From NCBI GenBank assembly GCA_035495615.1, contig DATJFP010000071.1, positions 65,784 to 129,783 of the forward strand: a stretch of DNA of 64,000 nt, given 5' to 3'. The notes beneath the pieces are model-generated. The model saw nothing but the letters and a program-made list of their open reading frames with translations. It did not search any database and had not been told where the DNA came from. This DNA comes from Verrucomicrobiia bacterium. GTDB lineage: Bacteria; Omnitrophota; Omnitrophia; Omnitrophales; Aquincolibacteriaceae. Position 1 is the stretch's first letter. Every line of letters starts with the position of its first letter. Positions 58,357 to 64,000 of the stretch are shown piece by piece. Position numbers and translations under genes: made by a program.

Positions 58357-59385
58357 ATGAGTAAGGCAGTGCTTAAAACCCGCGGCATTTCTTTGAATGC
58401 CAAGGAAAAAAAACGCCTTTTGGATTTACTCAAAACCTTCGCCAAAAGCCGTGTCCTCGTCGTTGGTGATTTCATCCTGGACCAGTTCGTGTGGGGGAGC
58501 GTCAATCGCATCTCTCCGGAAGCCCCGGTTCCGGTCGTCAACGTCATCCGGGAATCCTACATGCCCGGCGGCGCGCTGAACGTCGCCAACAACGTGCGCA
58601 CGCTGGGCGGGACCGTGTACCCGTGCGGCGTGGTAGGCCGCGACCTGGAGGGCCGCATGCTTCTCAAGACCATGCGCCGCGAGGGAATCGAAACCGGCGG
58701 CGTGGTTTACGATTCCAGCCGCCGCACGTCGCTGAAGACGCGCGTGATCGCCCATTCCCAGCAGGTCGTCCGCTTCGACCGCGAAAAGGCCGACGACATT
58801 TCCGAGAAAGACCTTACCCAGATCCTTGCCTTCATCAAAAAGAAAATCCCGGCCACCGACGTCGTCATCATCGAGGACTACGGCAAGGGCGTGATCCAGC
58901 CCAAGCTGCTCAAGCAGGTGGTCGCGTTCGCGCGAAAACATAAGAAGCCCGTCCTCGTCGATCCCAAGGAAAAGAATTTTCCCTATTACAAAGGCGTGAC
59001 CTGCATCACGCCGAACCGGAAGGAAGCGTACGGCGCGCTCGAGAACGGCCGCGCCCATCATGACCTGCCGCTCAAGGAAGCAGCCCGCAGGCTGCGCGCG
59101 AAGCTGAATTCGGAAGCGGTCCTCATCACGCTCGGCGAAGACGGCATGGCGCTCTACGAAAGAAACGGTTCTTTCGCGCATATCCCGACGACGGCGCAGG
59201 AAGTGTTCGACGTTTCCGGCGCGGGCGACACCGTGATTTCGGTTTTCGCGCTGGCCATGGCGGCCGGGGCTCCAATGAAAGAGGCGGCGATCATTTCGAA
59301 CATTGCCGCGGGCCTTGTCGTGGCGAAACTCGGCACCGCGACCGTGACGCCCGAAGAAATCCAGAAATCCATCGAGCAGATGTGA
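58357..59385 (+). CDS. hldA: D-glycero-beta-D-manno-heptose-7-phosphate kinase (HldE kinase domain only; PfkB family)
   Basis: SD AAGGA. VLVVGDFILDQFVWGSVNRISPEAPVPVV and C-terminal GAGDT motifs. No adenylyltransferase domain. Confidence 0.75.
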   Translation: MSKAVLKTRGISLNAKEKKRLLDLLKTFAKSRVLVVGDFILDQFVWGSVNRISPEAPVPVVNVIRESYMPGGALNVANNVRTLGGTVYPCGVVGRDLEGRMLLKTMRREGIETGGVVYDSSRRTSLKTRVIAHSQQVVRFDREKADDISEKDLTQILAFIKKKIPATDVVIIEDYGKGVIQPKLLKQVVAFARKHKKPVLVDPKEKNFPYYKGVTCITPNRKEAYGALENGRAHHDLPLKEAARRLRAKLNSEAVLITLGEDGMALYERNGSFAHIPTTAQEVFDVSGAGDTVISVFALAMAAGAPMKEAAIISNIAAGLVVAKLGTATVTPEEIQKSIEQM

Positions 59386-60128
59386 TGGCGGACAAAACGG
59401 TTGGCATTATCCCGGCGCGGCTCGGTTCCACGCGCCTGGCGCAGAAAGTCCTGCGGCCTTTGAACGGGCGCCCGATGATCCAGCACGTGTGGGAGCGGGC
59501 CAAACAGGCTCGCGCTTTGAAAGACTTGTGGATCGCGTGCGACGACGAACGCGTCGAAGCGTGCGTCAAAGGTTTCGGCGGGAAGGCGATGATGACCCGC
59601 AAAGATCATCCGAACGGGACGTCGAGGCTCGCGGAAGCGGTGCAGAAGATCGAAGCGGAAGTCGTCGTGAACATCCAGGGCGACGAGCCGCTGATCGACC
59701 CGCGCAATATCGACCTTGTCGCGGAGGCTTTCGGAAAACATCCGGAAAGCCAGGTCGTAACGCTCGGCGTGCGTAAGACCGACCGCGAGGAATACGAAAA
59801 CCCGAACGTCGTGAAGGTAGTTTGCAACGCGCTCGGCAACGCGCTTTATTTTTCCAGGTCGCCGGTGCCTTTTTTCCGCGATCAGGATGCGCCGCTGTCG
59901 TACTTGAAGCACCTCGGCATTTACGGGTACCGCCGCGGATTCCTGCTGGAATTCGTGACATGGAAGCCCGCGGCGCTGGAAGAGACGGAGAAGCTCGAAC
60001 AGCTCCGCATCCTGGACCGCGGCGTGGCGCTGCGTGTGGTGGAGTCGCCGTATGATTCGTTCAGTGTGGATACCGAAGAAGATGTCGCCGTCGTGGAATC
60101 GCGGCTGCGAACCGTCATAAAACCTTAA
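59382..60128 (+). CDS. kdsB: 3-deoxy-manno-octulosonate cytidylyltransferase (CMP-Kdo synthetase)
   Basis: GIIPARLGSTRL and IQGDEPLI motifs. Confidence 0.9.
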   Translation: MMADKTVGIIPARLGSTRLAQKVLRPLNGRPMIQHVWERAKQARALKDLWIACDDERVEACVKGFGGKAMMTRKDHPNGTSRLAEAVQKIEAEVVVNIQGDEPLIDPRNIDLVAEAFGKHPESQVVTLGVRKTDREEYENPNVVKVVCNALGNALYFSRSPVPFFRDQDAPLSYLKHLGIYGYRRGFLLEFVTWKPAALEETEKLEQLRILDRGVALRVVESPYDSFSVDTEEDVAVVESRLRTVIKP

Positions 60129-61838
<1,710 letters not shown>

Positions 61839-61843
61839 GGACA

Positions 61844-62686
61844 ATGATGACCCATACAGTAAGCGCAGGTTCGGTAGTCTTTGGTGATCCTTCGCATTTC
61901 GTGCTGATCGGCGGCCCTTGCGTGATCGAGAGCGAGTCAAGCGCGCTGCGCCACGCGGAAAAAATTTCGCGCATCGCCGAAGACCTCAAGGTCCCCTACG
62001 TGTTCAAGGCCAGCTACGACAAGGCCAACCGCTCGTCGTCGAAATCCTTCCGCGGCATGGGCATGAGCGCGGGACTCGAAATCCTCGCCAAGGTGAAAGA
62101 CGAATTCGGAGTGCCGGTGCTCTCTGACGTCCACTCCGAAGACGAAGTGAAGCCCGCAAGCGACGTGATCGACATCATTCAGATCCCGGCGTTTCTCTGC
62201 CGCCAGACCGACCTGCTCGAAGCCGCGGGAAAAACCGCGAAGGTCGTGAACGTGAAAAAGGGACAGTTCCTTTCGCCGTGGGAAGCCGAAAACATCGTGC
62301 GCAAGCTGGAAAGCGTGGGCTGCAAAAAGATCATGCTCACCGAAAGAGGCTTCACGTTCGGCTACAACAATCTCGTGAGCGATTTCCGCTCGATCCAGAT
62401 CATGAAAGGCTTCGGCTATCCCGTCGTGTTCGACGCCACGCATTCGGTTCAGCTTCCCGGCGGCAAAGGCACGGCTTCCGGGGGCATGGCGGAATTCATC
62501 CCCATGCTCGCGCGCTGCGCGATCGTTGCCGGCGCGGATTCGGTATTCATGGAGATCCATGAAAATCCGGCCGAGGCGCTTTCCGACGGCCCGAACGCTT
62601 TGCATCTCGACAAGCTGCGCTCGGTGCTCGAAGTGCTGATCAGTTTGAAAGAAGTCATGACGCAGAAAAAAGGGGCGCTTTTGTGA
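61844..62686 (+). CDS. kdsA: 2-dehydro-3-deoxyphosphooctonate aldolase (Kdo-8-P synthase)
   Basis: SD GAGGA then ATGATG. KdsA pattern (VPYVFKASYDKANRSS...IQIPAFLCRQTDLL). The tool ORF extends upstream through an Arg-rich artefact. Confidence 0.9.
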   Translation: MMTHTVSAGSVVFGDPSHFVLIGGPCVIESESSALRHAEKISRIAEDLKVPYVFKASYDKANRSSSKSFRGMGMSAGLEILAKVKDEFGVPVLSDVHSEDEVKPASDVIDIIQIPAFLCRQTDLLEAAGKTAKVVNVKKGQFLSPWEAENIVRKLESVGCKKIMLTERGFTFGYNNLVSDFRSIQIMKGFGYPVVFDATHSVQLPGGKGTASGGMAEFIPMLARCAIVAGADSVFMEIHENPAEALSDGPNALHLDKLRSVLEVLISLKEVMTQKKGALL

Positions 62687-63651
62687 GTTCTGCCGTGCTC
62701 AAGACGGCGCGTTCGGTGCTTCTCACCGAGGCCAAGGCCATCGTGCGGCTGGGCCGCAAGGTCGGGAAGAGTTTCGAAAAAGCCGTGACGCTGATGGCGG
62801 GATGCAAGGGCCGAGTCATCATCACGGGCATGGGAAAACCCGGGTTCATCGGCAGAAAGATCGCGGCGACCATGGCGTCGACCGGCACGCCGAGCATGTT
62901 CCTGCATCCGGCCGAGGCATTGCACGGCGATCTCGGCATGGTGACCAAAGACGATTTGATCATCGCGATTTCGAACAGCGGTGAGACCGAAGAAATTGTG
63001 CGGCTTTTGCCCACGTTGAAAAAGATCGGCGTGCCTTTGGTGGCCATGACCAGCAACCCGCGGTCGCCGATGGCGCAGAATGCCGAAGTGGTTCTGGAGC
63101 TGGGCATCACGCGCGAGGCGTGCCCGCTGAATCTGGCGCCGTCCACGTCGACGACGGCCGCGCTCGCCATGGGCGACGCGCTTGCTCTTTGCCTGTCGAA
63201 TAAAAAGCGCTTTCGCGAGGAAGATTTCGCGCTGCTTCATCCGGGCGGCAGCCTGGGCCGGAAACTGCTGAAGGTGCAGGACATCATGCGCCGCGGCAAG
63301 GACCAGGTGCTGGTGGGCGAGGATATCAGCCTGAAGAAGGCGCTGTTCCTCATCACGAAGGCGCGCGCGGGAAGCTGCACGCTGGTCGGGAAAAATAAAA
63401 AGCTGGCCGGCATTTTTACGGACGGTGATCTGCGCCGGCACCTGCGCGAGGGCGGCGAAGGCATTCTGACGCGGCCTCTGAAAGAGCTCGCCACGCGGAA
63501 TCCGATGCGGATCCGCCAGGACAAGCTCGCGGCCGAGGCGCTGAACCTTTTGCGCTCGAAACGCATCGACGAATTGCCGGTCGTGGACCGGCATGACCGC
63601 GTGGTCGGCCTGCTCGACGTGCAGGATTTGTTGAAGGCAGGTTTTGTTTAA
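62683..63651 (+). CDS. kdsD: arabinose-5-phosphate isomerase (SIS domain + tandem CBS; KdsD/KpsF type)
   Basis: GTG start overlapping the kdsA stop. SIS motif GRVIITGMGKPG and a C-terminal CBS pair. Confidence 0.85.
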   Translation: MSSAVLKTARSVLLTEAKAIVRLGRKVGKSFEKAVTLMAGCKGRVIITGMGKPGFIGRKIAATMASTGTPSMFLHPAEALHGDLGMVTKDDLIIAISNSGETEEIVRLLPTLKKIGVPLVAMTSNPRSPMAQNAEVVLELGITREACPLNLAPSTSTTAALAMGDALALCLSNKKRFREEDFALLHPGGSLGRKLLKVQDIMRRGKDQVLVGEDISLKKALFLITKARAGSCTLVGKNKKLAGIFTDGDLRRHLREGGEGILTRPLKELATRNPMRIRQDKLAAEALNLLRSKRIDELPVVDRHDRVVGLLDVQDLLKAGFV

Positions 63652-63679
63652 GTCCGAATCGTCGTCCCCCTCACCCTTC

Positions 63680-63702
63680 CCTCTCCCCCGGAGGGGGAGA
63701 GG
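63680..63702 (+). other. perfect 10-bp GC-rich hairpin (CCTCTCCCCC-gga-GGGGGAGAGG) without a downstream U-tract
   Basis: Seen directly in the 90-nt spacer between kdsD and the next gene. It is followed by AAGGAGAGGGGG and an ATG at 63718. Confidence 0.5.
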
Positions 63703-63740
63703 ATAAAGGAGAGGGGGATGGAAAGACGAGAGTTTCTTAA

Positions 63741-64000
63741 GTGGCGAAGAAAAAATTTTACCGGTATCCGCTCTACCTCGTGGCGCGGGGACTGGCGGCG
63801 CTTCTGGCGCTGATCCCGCGGCCGGTGCTTTTGCCCCTGGCGAGGATGGCAGGGCGCGCCGCTTACGCGGCCGTGGCGCGGCAGCGCGAAAAGACGCTGG
63901 AAAACCTGCGTTTCGCGTTCGGGAAAGAAAAGAGCGAGGCGGAAATCCGGGGCATGGCCCGGAAGGTTTTCGAAAATCTTTCCGAGACTTGTGCCGATGT
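63741..64000 (+). CDS. LpxL/HtrB-family lipid A acyltransferase, N-terminal fragment (continues beyond the window)
   Basis: GTG start at the first in-frame position after a TAA. N-terminal TM anchor YRYPLYLVARGLAALLALIP..., typical of the lysophospholipid/lipid A acyltransferase family. Confidence 0.5.
   Translation, partial: MAKKKFYRYPLYLVARGLAALLALIPRPVLLPLARMAGRAAYAAVARQREKTLENLRFAFGKEKSEAEIRGMARKVFENLSETCAD

Overview
This is a 64-kb window of high-GC, densely packed bacterial chromosome from a Gram-negative-type (LPS-producing) organism; the taxon cannot be assigned from sequence alone. I found no rRNA, tRNA, CRISPR array, transposase or prophage signature. Almost all plus-strand ORFs are recognisable housekeeping genes, and the long minus-strand ORFs lying antisense to them are high-GC frame artefacts. 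There are five main blocks.

- **1-6.5 kb:** a 5'-truncated sigma-54 GAF-type activator, lpxB, a GnnA-like Gfo/Idh/MocA oxidoreductase, and msbA with a compound bidirectional terminator flanked by a 26-nt direct repeat.
- **6.7-16.3 kb:** an Asp-family operon, hom-thrC-(iPGM-like non-canonical homoserine kinase)-lysC-cimA-valS-nudix.
- **16.3-26.2 kb:** an envelope and signalling island. It holds a GT-C-like membrane protein, a small TM protein, a stand-alone REC, a REC-CBS regulator, a DUF454-like protein, a FecR-domain protein divergent from a CHASE2 histidine kinase, a 29-aa mini-ORF, a LysM L,D-transpeptidase and a GT2.
- **26.3-46.7 kb:** an ArsC/Spx-family gene, nadC and uvrB; then an Eda-like aldolase, apparently on a leaderless mRNA, and a secreted alpha/beta-hydrolase-like protein; then one long co-directional array ilvB-ilvN-ilvC-leuA-aroE-pilD-aroC-aroK-aroB-(37-aa ORF)-dprA; and finally RDD/coiled-coil/ThiS-like genes inserted before topA-xerC.
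- **46.7-64 kb:** a large LPS inner-core cluster, waaA, lpxK, an LpxL-fusion, a GT4-GT9 fusion, four more GT9 genes, a CE4 deacetylase, a heptose kinase, kdsB, pyrG, kdsA, kdsD and the start of another LpxL-like gene.

The candidates most worth follow-up are the FecR/CHASE2-kinase module with its mini-ORF, the RDD/coiled-coil/ThiS-like insertion that is translationally coupled to topA, and the fused or multiplied LPS-core glycosyltransferases. I found no clearly novel defence or mobile system.
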